Positions 19,689-28,717 are shown, counted from the first letter of the stretch. The stretch is DNA of 64,000 bases from an uncultured Candidatus Saccharibacteria bacterium (GCA_964625065.1 CAZUZL010000003.1:1730-65729); one strand, 5' to 3'. Numbers and translations: made by a program. The notes: a model not told the origin generated them from the letters alone.

Positions 19689-20078
19689 ATGAAAGATTTT
19701 GATGTATGGAATAAAGAGAAAAAATACATAGAAAACAAGGTTGTTAATCGAGACCTTTTCTTCTATCCTCGTGAAATATGGTGGTGTTCCGCTGGACTTA
19801 ATATTGGAGTTGAATCAGATGGAAAGAATGAAAATTTCGAAAGACCAATGCTAATAATTAAAAAATTCAATGCCGATATGGTATGGGTGTTACCACTTAC
19901 TACAAAAGAAAAACAAAATAAATACCACTATAAATTAGAACATGAAACAATAAAGTCTTGGGTAATACTTTCTCAAATAAAAACAATAAGCACTAAAAGA
20001 CTATTGCGTAAAATTGGTTCTATTTCTGAATTTGATTTTAAGGAAGTTATTAAAAGAGTAAAAAATACATTATTATAA
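19689..20078 (+). CDS. MazF/PemK/Kid-family endoribonuclease toxin-like protein; no obvious antitoxin gene
   Basis: REIWWCSAGLNIGVESDGK..ERPMLIIKKF, VWVLPLTTK, SWVILSQIKTISTKRL and IGSISEFDFKEVIKRV align with the PemK/MazF fold motifs. Confidence 0.65.
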   Translation: MKDFDVWNKEKKYIENKVVNRDLFFYPREIWWCSAGLNIGVESDGKNENFERPMLIIKKFNADMVWVLPLTTKEKQNKYHYKLEHETIKSWVILSQIKTISTKRLLRKIGSISEFDFKEVIKRVKNTLL

Positions 20079-20082
20079 AATC

Positions 20083-20108
20083 GAAAGCCCCCTTACGGGG
20101 GCTTTCTC
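20083..20108 (+). terminator. Rho-independent terminator
   Basis: GAAAGCCCCC-TTAC-GGGGGCTTTC. Confidence 0.75.
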
Positions 20109-20368
20109 GGAGGCCGAAGCCACTAATACATATAGTATACACTATGTATTATACAATGCAAGTTTATTTGTGGTTACGAATTATAATTAATATATTCACT
20201 ATAATATTCATACAATAAAGGGTCTACAGTGTGATGTTGCGTTGTTTTCTAGGGTATGATATAATACATGCATCAGGGGGCCTAGGGGGTCCAAAAAGGG
20301 CCCAAAAGGCCTTTTAAAATTGTAAAGAAAATTACAAAAATTTATAAGAATTAAATTAAGATTAAACC

Positions 20369-20542
20369 ATGTTTACCTACATAAAAGACACAAAAAACGA
20401 ACTTAAAAACGTTGTTTGGCCAACTAAAAAACAAGTTATAACTGTAACTATATTAGTTATGGTGTTGTCAGTTGTTATTGCATATTTCCTGGGCGCACTA
20501 GACTATGTTTTTGCCCAAGCACTAGCGTTTATTCTCAATTAA
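20369..20542 (+). CDS. secE: Preprotein translocase subunit SecE (57 aa)
   Basis: MFTYIKDTKNELKNVVWPTKKQVITVTILVMVLSVVIAYFLGALDYVF...; sits directly upstream of nusG. Below the ORF-track length cutoff. Confidence 0.75.
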   Translation: MFTYIKDTKNELKNVVWPTKKQVITVTILVMVLSVVIAYFLGALDYVFAQALAFILN

Positions 20543-20572
20543 TATTAACTTGAAATAATTTAAATTAAATTT

Positions 20573-21118
20573 ATGGCTAAACAAGACACACAAGGCGCAC
20601 GTAAATGGTATGCAATACATACATATTCTGGTTACGAAAACGCAGTGCTTCGAAACTTAAAACAACGTATAGAATCGTTAGGTGTTAGTGACAAAATTTT
20701 TGATGTTGTAGTTCCAACAGAAAAGAAAATAAAAATCAAACATGGTAAACGTGTAGAAGTCGAAGAAAAAATATACCCAGGTTATATTCTAGTAGACATG
20801 ATAGTGGACGACGATTCATGGTTCGTTGTTCGTAACACACCACGTGTTACTGGGTTCGTTGGTTCAGGTGTAAACCCAGTGCCACTTACTGAATCTGAAT
20901 TAGCTTTTCTATTCCGTGGTAAAGACGAAGGTACTCCACGCCACATGATGGACTTAACTGTAGGTGAACTAATTATAATTACCGAAGGCCCATTTAAGGA
21001 CCTAGAAGGTAAAGTAGAAGACATAGACCGCGAACGTGGCAAGGTAAAGGTACTAGTTTCTATGTTCGGACGCGAAACACCAGTTGAACTAGACTTCCTA
21101 CAGATGAGAAAGCTGTAG
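20573..21118 (+). CDS. nusG: Transcription termination/antitermination factor NusG
   Basis: NGN domain KWYAIHTYSGYENAV plus a C-terminal KOW domain. Confidence 0.9.
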   Translation: MAKQDTQGARKWYAIHTYSGYENAVLRNLKQRIESLGVSDKIFDVVVPTEKKIKIKHGKRVEVEEKIYPGYILVDMIVDDDSWFVVRNTPRVTGFVGSGVNPVPLTESELAFLFRGKDEGTPRHMMDLTVGELIIITEGPFKDLEGKVEDIDRERGKVKVLVSMFGRETPVELDFLQMRKL

Positions 21119-21308
21119 TAACAAGTGTACAGTTTATAGTTTACAGGTTACAGATAGGTAAAATACAAAAGTTAGCCACGCTTGTAATTTTAGTAAATTG
21201 TGATATAGTACACTACGTTACGCACAGCTTCAATTATTATAAATTTAATTTTCAGGATGTTGTTTCCGCTGTACACTGTACACTGTAAACTACAAACTTT
21301 TAATATAT

Positions 21309-21734
21309 ATGGCCGCAAAGAAAATACTTAAAAAAGTAAAACTTCAAATACCTGCAGCAAAAGCTACTCCAGCTCCACCACTTGGACCTGCTCTTGGGCA
21401 AGCTGGTGTTAACATTCAGGACTTTTGTACTAAATTTAACGCCGCTACACAGTCTATGGCAGGTAACATCGTTGGTGTTAAACTAGAAGTTTACGAAGAC
21501 CGTTCATACGATTTCCGTGTAACAACTCCACCAGCTCATGGACTAATACTTAAGGCAGCCGGCCTTGAAAAAGGTTCAGGCAAACCAAATACACAAAAAG
21601 TTGGTAAAATAACAAAGGCTCAAGTTCGCGAAATAGCTGAACTAAAAATGGCCGACCTTAATGCCAAGGACATAGAAGGTGCAATGAAAATTATCGAAGG
21701 TTCTGCACGATCTGCAGGTATCACAGTAGTTTAA
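21309..21734 (+). CDS. rplK: 50S ribosomal protein L11
   Basis: [44 protein letters not shown]. Confidence 0.9.
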   Translation: MAAKKILKKVKLQIPAAKATPAPPLGPALGQAGVNIQDFCTKFNAATQSMAGNIVGVKLEVYEDRSYDFRVTTPPAHGLILKAAGLEKGSGKPNTQKVGKITKAQVREIAELKMADLNAKDIEGAMKIIEGSARSAGITVV

Positions 21735-21743
21735 TACACTTTA

Positions 21744-21777
21744 AAAAACAAACCCCATAAAAGGGGTTTGTTTTTTT
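21744..21777 (+). terminator. Rho-independent terminator directly after rplK
   Basis: AAAAAACAAACCCC-ATAAAA-GGGGTTTGTTTTTTT. Confidence 0.8.
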
Positions 21778-21837
21778 GTAATAAAAAAACCACTACATAA
21801 TTATGTAATGGCTTTGTGATTTTAAAAGTCATGCTTC

Positions 21838-22374
21838 TTAAATAAAATTTTTCCACATCATACTTTCAACCGGATCTTTACCTTGGTCAGCATATTTGGC
21901 ATTTTCTTTTTTATCGTAAGGGTTTATCACAACCCCCTCGATAACATAAAAGATTAATTGACCTATGGGCATACCTGCGTAAATTCGTACAGGCTTTGTG
22001 CTTGAAATTTCAAGCGTCCAGTATCCTTTGAAACCAACGTCTCCCTTGCCGGCCGTTGCGTGTATGTCTATACCAAGTCTACCAGTACTAGATTTACCAT
22101 CGATAAATGGTATGTGGTCGTAGGTCTCGGTATATTCAAGTGTAGAGCCAAGGTATAGGTTACCTGGTCTAAGTACAAAACCTTCCTCTGGTATTTCCCA
22201 AAGTTTAATTTTGTTATGTAGCTTTGCATCTATGACATTGTCTACGTATCCACCTAATTTGTTGCCAAGATGTACATCATAAGAATTACTCCCTAGGTTT
22301 TTTCTATCGAAAGGAGTAATAACAATTCTTTTGTTTTCAATGTTTTCTAGTATTTTACTGTCTGAAATGATCAT
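21838..22374 (-). CDS. dcd: dCTP deaminase
   Basis: NSYDVHLGN, GKSSTGRLGIDIHATAGKGDVGFKGYWTLEI. Confidence 0.85.
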   Translation of the reverse strand: MIISDSKILENIENKRIVITPFDRKNLGSNSYDVHLGNKLGGYVDNVIDAKLHNKIKLWEIPEEGFVLRPGNLYLGSTLEYTETYDHIPFIDGKSSTGRLGIDIHATAGKGDVGFKGYWTLEISSTKPVRIYAGMPIGQLIFYVIEGVVINPYDKKENAKYADQGKDPVESMMWKNFI

Positions 22375-22429
22375 GGGTTATTGGGTTTAATTTTCTTAAC
22401 TTTACCTATATTTAGAATTTTGTCAACTA

Positions 22430-22459
22430 AAAAAGCCCTTCCGTTACAGAAGGGCTTTA
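22430..22459 (-). terminator. Hairpin downstream of thyA
   Basis: AAAGCCCTT-CCGTTACAG-AAGGGCTTT. Confidence 0.6.
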
Positions 22460-22479
22460 GCGTTATTAAAATTTAATAT

Positions 22480-23460
22480 TTAAACTGCAACCGGGGCTTT
22501 TATACCAGAATGGCATTGATAGTTGATTAATTCAATGTCATCAAACTCGAAATCAAGAATGTTTTTGGTTTCTCGATTTATTTTAATCGAAGGTAATGCA
22601 AATGGTTCCCTGGAAAGTTGTTTTGCAACTTGGTTCTTGTGATTATTGTAAATGTGTGCGTCGCCAAAAAAATGATTAAATATTTTTGGTTTCCTTCCAG
22701 TAACTTTTGCCAATAGTATCAGTAACAGGGAATCTTGTGCTGTGTTGAAAGGTACACCAAGAAATGTATCGCAACTTCTTTGGTATAAATTCATGTGCAG
22801 TATGCCTTCTTGGTTTGCAAATACTTGGTAAAAACAAGGGCAGGGTGGTAGTAAAGAATTCTTATTCGCATGCGGGTCCCACAGTGTAATTATATTACGG
22901 CGGTCTTCCGGTTTGTTGCGAATTTTTTCAATAGTTTCCATAAGTTGGTCGATGCCCTCACGGTAAATTTCTCCTTCTGGTGTTTTGACTTCACCAAAAC
23001 GACGAAAGTTATGGCCGTATGTTGGACCAAGTTCTCCGAATTCTTTTGCAAAATCATCATCATTAATAATCATTGTTTTGAATTCAGAAATCTTTTCTTT
23101 CCATTTGTCGGTGTAGTCACTTTTTTCATCATCTATAAACATAGGGAATGTACCAGCCAGTCCGGTTTTATCCAGCCATTTTTTAAATGGCCATTCAGTC
23201 CAAATGTTTATGTCTTTTTTTACCAAACTCTGAATGTTTGTTTCTCCGCGGAGTTTCCACATCAATTCCTCGAATGTCCCGCGCATAAACATTTTTTTAG
23301 TTGTTAATAGTGGGTAATTATGTACAACACCGTTGTCGTCCATGTTTAGTTCGCATGTGTATGCATGACCAGGTAATGCCTGCGTACCAACACCGGTTCT
23401 GTCACCAGTAAAGTAACCTTGGTTCTGGATGGTTTGTAGTAAATTTAAATATTGTTTCAT
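22480..23460 (-). CDS. thyA: Thymidylate synthase (ThyA) with internal insertions
   Basis: MKQYLNLLQTI...DRTGVGT..., LPPCPCFYQVF, and ...HSGIKAPVAV at the C-terminus. Confidence 0.9.
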   Translation of the reverse strand: MKQYLNLLQTIQNQGYFTGDRTGVGTQALPGHAYTCELNMDDNGVVHNYPLLTTKKMFMRGTFEELMWKLRGETNIQSLVKKDINIWTEWPFKKWLDKTGLAGTFPMFIDDEKSDYTDKWKEKISEFKTMIINDDDFAKEFGELGPTYGHNFRRFGEVKTPEGEIYREGIDQLMETIEKIRNKPEDRRNIITLWDPHANKNSLLPPCPCFYQVFANQEGILHMNLYQRSCDTFLGVPFNTAQDSLLLILLAKVTGRKPKIFNHFFGDAHIYNNHKNQVAKQLSREPFALPSIKINRETKNILDFEFDDIELINYQCHSGIKAPVAV

Positions 23461-23564
23461 GATAAAGAAGGGTTTAATTTATACGTACTTTACACTCTTT
23501 CTGTTATTTGTCAAACAAAAAACCCGTAACTTAATACGGGTTAATTTTTAGGTTTTTTGTAATT

Positions 23565-24107
23565 TTATTTTTCAGAAAGTCTAATCATTGCAAATATAGC
23601 GTAGTTTGCCATATCCATATAATTTGCTTCCAGTCCTTCTGACACAGCAACAACGCCATTGTTGTCCTCGATCTCTTTTACACGAATTATTTTTTGAATA
23701 ATTAAATCCGTCAAAGAGCTGATTCTAATAATTCGCCAAGCTCCGCCATAGTCGTGGTTTTTCTTCTTCATTAGCTCAAAAATCTCTGTACATATAGAAA
23801 GGTATGCTTTTTCCATATCTTCCTTTAATGTAGTTTCGATTTTTTCTTTTAAACGAAGGCGCATTATTGCCATAATTGCATAGTTGTATATACCAATATA
23901 TTCGCCTGGTATGCTGTCTGCAACTTTTTGTTCTTTCTTTTCCTCTATACTGCGTATTCGTAACGCTTTGATGTATATCTGATCAGTGTGAGAACTTGGT
24001 CGCATACTGGTCCAAGAAGTTCCATAATCTTTGTTTTTATTTTTGAAAACCTCTTGGGCTTGTCCGCATTCATGCAGATATTGTTTTTCTGTATTTTTAG
24101 GTTTCAT
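23565..24107 (-). CDS. Tandem-repeat protein with two K(N/K)HDYG(x)(S/A)W modules (DUF1599-like, tentative)
   Basis: NKDYGTSWTSMRPSSHTDQIYIKALRIRSIE and NHDYGGAWRIIRISSLTDLIIQKIIRVKEIE are internal repeats. The gene is sandwiched between thyA and folA. Confidence 0.55.
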   Translation of the reverse strand: MKPKNTEKQYLHECGQAQEVFKNKNKDYGTSWTSMRPSSHTDQIYIKALRIRSIEEKKEQKVADSIPGEYIGIYNYAIMAIMRLRLKEKIETTLKEDMEKAYLSICTEIFELMKKKNHDYGGAWRIIRISSLTDLIIQKIIRVKEIEDNNGVVAVSEGLEANYMDMANYAIFAMIRLSEK

Positions 24108-24207
24108 AAAAGAATTGGTTTAATTTATTATACTCTACACCAATATAGAGATTTGTCAAAATAGAAAAAAAGCACCCTACGTTTGGGTAGGGGGCTTGGT
24201 TTTTGGG

Positions 24208-24732
24208 TTATAATATAACCCATGTTTCGAAACGCATAGCGTGCTTGTTTTCAGCATCACTTGCATATTCACGGTAAAGAGTATTTTTAAACTTAGTTTC
24301 GTCGATGGGTGCAAAAAATGCGTCACCATCTACAGTTACTAAAACTCTTGTAATAAATATTGCGTCCACGATGTTTGATTCTAAAGCTTGTTTGTAAATC
24401 TCCGCCCCACCAATAATGTATGTGTGAGATGTAATTTTACGAGCTTCAGACATTGCTTGTTCTAAGCTGTTTACATAAGTTACACCAGAAGTTTTTTCGA
24501 TGTCTTTATTCCTGGTTATAACAATATTATGTCTACCAGGAAGAGGTTTAAACTTCTTAGGTATAGAGTCGAATGTTTTACGACCCATTATAACTACAGG
24601 TGTTTTATTTTCATCAGCATATGATGTTCTTTGTTTAAAATACTCCATATCGCGCGGTAGCCTCCATGGGATTTTGTTTTCAATTCCGATAACTCCGTTA
24701 TCAGAAGCTGCGACTACTAGGTATGTTTCCAT
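24208..24732 (-). CDS. folA: Dihydrofolate reductase
   Basis: METYLVVAASDNGVIGIENKIPWRLPRDMEYFK, VIMGRKTF, and IIGGAEIY. Confidence 0.85.
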   Translation of the reverse strand: METYLVVAASDNGVIGIENKIPWRLPRDMEYFKQRTSYADENKTPVVIMGRKTFDSIPKKFKPLPGRHNIVITRNKDIEKTSGVTYVNSLEQAMSEARKITSHTYIIGGAEIYKQALESNIVDAIFITRVLVTVDGDAFFAPIDETKFKNTLYREYASDAENKHAMRFETWVIL

Positions 24733-24804
24733 ATTTAGAATTTTCTTTAAGTGTACATATTTATAGCATAGATGCAAGTTTTGGCGTTTGTTAAAAGTCG
24801 TTGT

Positions 24805-24862
24805 ACGGGCCTGCCGGGTAGTAGACTTGCCTCACTACCCGGCCTGCCCCGTAGTAAAAATC
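24805..24862. repeat. GC-rich inverted repeat in the folA/argS divergent intergenic region
   Basis: A 10-bp GCCGGGTAGT / ACTACCCGGC stem, and a direct repeat GGGCCTGCCGGGTAGT / CGGCCTGCCCCGTAGT. Confidence 0.5.
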
Positions 24863-24928
24863 ACTAAAATTAAACTAACCACAAAATATGTTTGGTAAAT
24901 TTTTCACTACGGGGTATACTGCCCCTAT

Positions 24929-26659
24929 ATGATACGCGACATAATAACCAGTGCTGTACAGGGTGCCCTAGTTGGGGTGGGTATTTCTGATGCTGTTGTA
25001 CAACTTGAATTTCCAGCCAACAGTGCCCATGGCGACTTTGCTACAAACGTGGCTATGGTGTATGCAAAACAGTTGGGTAAAAACCCAAAAGTTTTTGCTG
25101 AAGAATTAGTTGGCATTTTAAAAACTAATTTGGAAGTTATCCCGCCCCCTGCGAAGGGGGAGGTGGCCGAAGGCCGGAGGGGGTTCATTTCTAATATTAC
25201 TATTGCCGGTCCTGGTTTTATAAACTTTTATGTTGCTGACGAATATTTTATAAAAAACTTGGCGGAAATTTCTGAAAATAAAAACTATGGCAACAGTAGT
25301 ATGTATGCAGGTAAAAAAATACTTGTCGAACATTCTAGTATAAATTTATTTAAACCTTTTCATATTGGTCATGTTATGAACAATGCCATTGGCGAATCTA
25401 TAAGTAGAATTGCTAAGGTCAGTGGGGCAGGTGTAACTGTTATTTCGTACCCATCAGACGTTTCACTTGGTATTGCCAAGGCTGTGTACATAATATTAGA
25501 AGATGGAATAGAAAAATTACAGTCATGTGTAACCGATACTGAAAAACTTGATTATATAGGTACATGCTATGTACGTGGTACAAAAGCATTTGAAGACAAC
25601 CCAGAAACACAAAATAGAATAAAAGAAATTGCAAAACACCTATACGAAAAAACACCTTCACCTGAACTGGATGCATATGAAATAGGTAAAGAAATAAACC
25701 TTACATATTTTAAAAACGTGGCCACACGCCTTGGTTCGCATTTTGATGCATACATATACGAATCTGAAGCAGGTGCTGTTGGTAGAAAAATAGTTATGGA
25801 CAATATTGGCCCAGTGTTTACCCAAAGCGAGGGTGCTGTTGTATACGAAGGCGAAAAAGAAGGTTTACATACACGTGTGTTTATAAACAGCGAAGGTTAC
25901 CCAACATACGAAGCCAAAGACTTGGGCCTATTGTCGTTGAAGTTTGAACGCTACACCCCTGACGTGTCTATATTTATAACCGACCACGAACAAACAGCAT
26001 ATTTTAATGTTGTTAAAAATGCTGCTGGTAAAATAAATAAAGAATGGGAACAAAAAACTGTACACCGTACACACGGACGTATGACATTCAAAGGTCAAAA
26101 AATGTCTTCACGTTTAGGTGGGGTACCTATTGCGTCTGTATTAGTAGACACTATTGTCGAAGAAGTTAAAGAAAAAAACAATACACTGGACGCAGTAACT
26201 TCAGATGCTATTGCTATAGGTGCATTAAAGTTCAGTATATTACGTGCACGTGCAGGTAGTAATGTAGACTTTGACCCAGAAACATCGTTATCGTTCGAAG
26301 GCGACAGTGGTCCGTACCTGCAGTACACAACAGTGCGTGCTAAATCTATATTAGAAAAAGCCAAACAACAAAATATAGTTGGTATGTTAAAAGAACAGGC
26401 GACTGCAAATGAACTTGAAAAACATTTGTCACGTTTTCCGTTTATTGTTGAAAAAAGCATATCTGAATGGGCACCACACTACATAACAGGGTATAGTGTA
26501 GAACTGGCACATTTGTTTAATGCCTGGTATGCAAATACTAAAATTCTTGGCGACGACGCACAACAAACACAACATAATGTTTTTATCACAGACACAGTGG
26601 TTAAAGTCTTAGAAAAAAGTATAAACCTACTGGGTATATCAGTGCCAGAGAAAATGTAA
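24929..26659 (+). CDS. argS: Arginine--tRNA ligase
   Basis: Class I HIGH-like PFHIGHVMN, an MSK-like QKMSSRLGG, and a DALK-type anticodon-binding C-terminus. Confidence 0.85.
   Translation: MIRDIITSAVQGALVGVGISDAVVQLEFPANSAHGDFATNVAMVYAKQLGKNPKVFAEELVGILKTNLEVIPPPAKGEVAEGRRGFISNITIAGPGFINFYVADEYFIKNLAEISENKNYGNSSMYAGKKILVEHSSINLFKPFHIGHVMNNAIGESISRIAKVSGAGVTVISYPSDVSLGIAKAVYIILEDGIEKLQSCVTDTEKLDYIGTCYVRGTKAFEDNPETQNRIKEIAKHLYEKTPSPELDAYEIGKEINLTYFKNVATRLGSHFDAYIYESEAGAVGRKIVMDNIGPVFTQSEGAVVYEGEKEGLHTRVFINSEGYPTYEAKDLGLLSLKFERYTPDVSIFITDHEQTAYFNVVKNAAGKINKEWEQKTVHRTHGRMTFKGQKMSSRLGGVPIASVLVDTIVEEVKEKNNTLDAVTSDAIAIGALKFSILRARAGSNVDFDPETSLSFEGDSGPYLQYTTVRAKSILEKAKQQNIVGMLKEQATANELEKHLSRFPFIVEKSISEWAPHYITGYSVELAHLFNAWYANTKILGDDAQQTQHNVFITDTVVKVLEKSINLLGISVPEKM
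25141..25190 (+). repeat. GC-rich palindromic mini-element inserted in frame inside argS
   Basis: CCCGCCCCCTGCGAAGGGGGAGGTGGCCGAAGGCCGGAGGGGG encodes PPPAKGEVAEGRRG. Local GC content is far above that of the surrounding gene. Confidence 0.55.
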
Positions 26660-26809
26660 TTTTTGATTTTGCAAAATCATGTCGGGTACTGTCCGTATTT
26701 ACCCGACTCAATCACGTCGCGCCACGTCCTATAAGCGCGACGCAATGTGTTTTTTATACATAATATGTTATAATCTATAGATATTATTAATGTATCTATA
26801 AATTGTCCT

Positions 26810-28696
26810 ATGAAGAAATTTGTTTTAACTATAGTAGCAATTGTTTTGTTTTTTAACTCAACACATGTTTTTGCTGCGTATAATGCGTCCGACGTAATCG
26901 GACAACGAACAGCTGGCGATGCAGCTGCGTTTACAACAAGTAATGCTAACAATGGTGGCAGTGTTGGTGCTCGTGGTTTGGGTTCTGAAGTTCGTTCTAT
27001 AAAACTAGACACTGTAAACCACAGGTTGTTTGTAGCAGATCGTAATAACAACCGCGTACTTGTTTATAATTTAGACTCTAGTAACAACCTTATAGACCAC
27101 GATGCAGACAATGTTATAGGTCAAGCAAGTTTAACTGCAACAGCTGCAGTTGCGTGTACTGCTACCAGTGTGGGTTCGCCTTCAGGTATAGAATACGATT
27201 CTACTAACAACCGTTTGTTTGTTGTTTCAAACCATTCTGGTACAAATTCGCGTGTTATGGTTTTTGACCTTTCAGGGGGCATAACAGACGGTATGGCCGC
27301 TACAAATGTACTAGGTCAAACAAACCTTACTACATGTGTAAGTAGTGTATCTAGAACACAGAAAAACTTGTATTTTCCTTTTGACATGCTGTACGACAAC
27401 ACCAGTGGTTTGTTGTATGTATCTGACCTGTCACACAACCGTGTCATGGCATACGACGCCCGTCCAGGTGTGGCTTCAGGTATGACAGTCTGTGGTGCAA
27501 CAACAACAGGTTTAGTAGACAACATGAACGCTTCATGTGTATTAGGTCAACCAGACTTTATTACAGCAACCAGTGGTAACAGCGACATTAAAATAAACGG
27601 GGCACTTGGGCTGGCTCTAGACAGTACACATAACCGTTTGTATGTTTCAGAATATGCAGGTAATAGAATAAAAGTCTACGACACATCGGTATTATCAAAC
27701 GGTATGGCGGCTTCATATGTAATAGGTCAAACTGGTTTTACAACTGCTACAACAGGCACAACAAGTTCTACATTCAACTGGCCAGGTGGCTTAAGTTACG
27801 ACTCTACAACCGGTTACCTTTATGTTTCTGACGAAAACAACCATCGTGTAATGATATTCGACACCAGTTCTGGTGTTAGTACTGGTATGGCAGCAACATA
27901 TATATTTGGTGCAGACGATTTTACTACAGTAAATTCTACCGTAACCGCAGCAACCATGGGCACAGCACATGGTATAGATTTCGATTCTGCTAATAAACGC
28001 CTTTATGTAGGCGACAGTACAAATGCACGTGTTTTAATTTTCCAACCAACAGTAACACTAGTCGACGGTACACTAACAACTGCTATACAAAACAATTCTT
28101 ATACAGCATCTTTTCCAGTTACAGGAGAACAGCAAACAGTTAGTATGACTTTAACAGGGGGTAGTTTACCAACAGGTTTGTCTTTGTCAGGCAGTAATCT
28201 AACAGGTACAGCAACAACACCGGGTACATATTCGTTTAACGTCAAAGCCACAGATTCAGGTATACATGGTATTTTCGAAACATTGTCTTATGCCTTTAGT
28301 ATGTTAGTTAACCCAAAGGGTTCTGGTATGGTACCTTCTGTATACCCAAAGGGTGTAGCAGGTATGCCGGCATCGTTTAGTGTTGTGGGTACTACAGGGC
28401 ATAGTGCAAAAATACAATGGTCTGATGTAACAGATGTTACTGGTATGAGTTTTTCTACTAATGCAGATTTTATAGGTGGAGGTATAGAAAGTTTTGCTAA
28501 AAATTCTACAGTATTGTTGCCTGGCACAGCAAACACAGGTTTACTATATGGCCGAGTGTATTCGCCAACAGGTAACTATACACAGTACGGCCCTGTAACT
28601 GTAAACTTTTCTAAATCAGTTAAAAAACAGGTTTGTAGTACAGTTTCTAAGAAAAACAGTAAAGGTAAAATGGTAAAAGTAAAAGTTTGTAAATAA
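26810..28696 (+). CDS. Secreted NHL-repeat beta-propeller protein with Ig-like/cadherin-like and FN3-like C-terminal domains
   Basis: Signal peptide plus six repeats of the NNRLFV(A/S)D..N.RV.V(Y/F)D type. Confidence 0.65.
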   Translation: MKKFVLTIVAIVLFFNSTHVFAAYNASDVIGQRTAGDAAAFTTSNANNGGSVGARGLGSEVRSIKLDTVNHRLFVADRNNNRVLVYNLDSSNNLIDHDADNVIGQASLTATAAVACTATSVGSPSGIEYDSTNNRLFVVSNHSGTNSRVMVFDLSGGITDGMAATNVLGQTNLTTCVSSVSRTQKNLYFPFDMLYDNTSGLLYVSDLSHNRVMAYDARPGVASGMTVCGATTTGLVDNMNASCVLGQPDFITATSGNSDIKINGALGLALDSTHNRLYVSEYAGNRIKVYDTSVLSNGMAASYVIGQTGFTTATTGTTSSTFNWPGGLSYDSTTGYLYVSDENNHRVMIFDTSSGVSTGMAATYIFGADDFTTVNSTVTAATMGTAHGIDFDSANKRLYVGDSTNARVLIFQPTVTLVDGTLTTAIQNNSYTASFPVTGEQQTVSMTLTGGSLPTGLSLSGSNLTGTATTPGTYSFNVKATDSGIHGIFETLSYAFSMLVNPKGSGMVPSVYPKGVAGMPASFSVVGTTGHSAKIQWSDVTDVTGMSFSTNADFIGGGIESFAKNSTVLLPGTANTGLLYGRVYSPTGNYTQYGPVTVNFSKSVKKQVCSTVSKKNSKGKMVKVKVCK

Positions 28697-28717
28697 AGTA
28701 TTTAAGTATAAACAAAA

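Noticed and set aside
20130-20340. Possible tRNA-Trp upstream of secE (common secE-nusG context), and the GGGGCC...GGCCTTTT hairpins there
   Set aside because: No cloverleaf with a T-loop (GTTCRANYC) or anticodon arm could be folded by eye. This is probably a promoter or terminator structure, although an unrecognised small RNA cannot be excluded without tRNAscan or Infernal.
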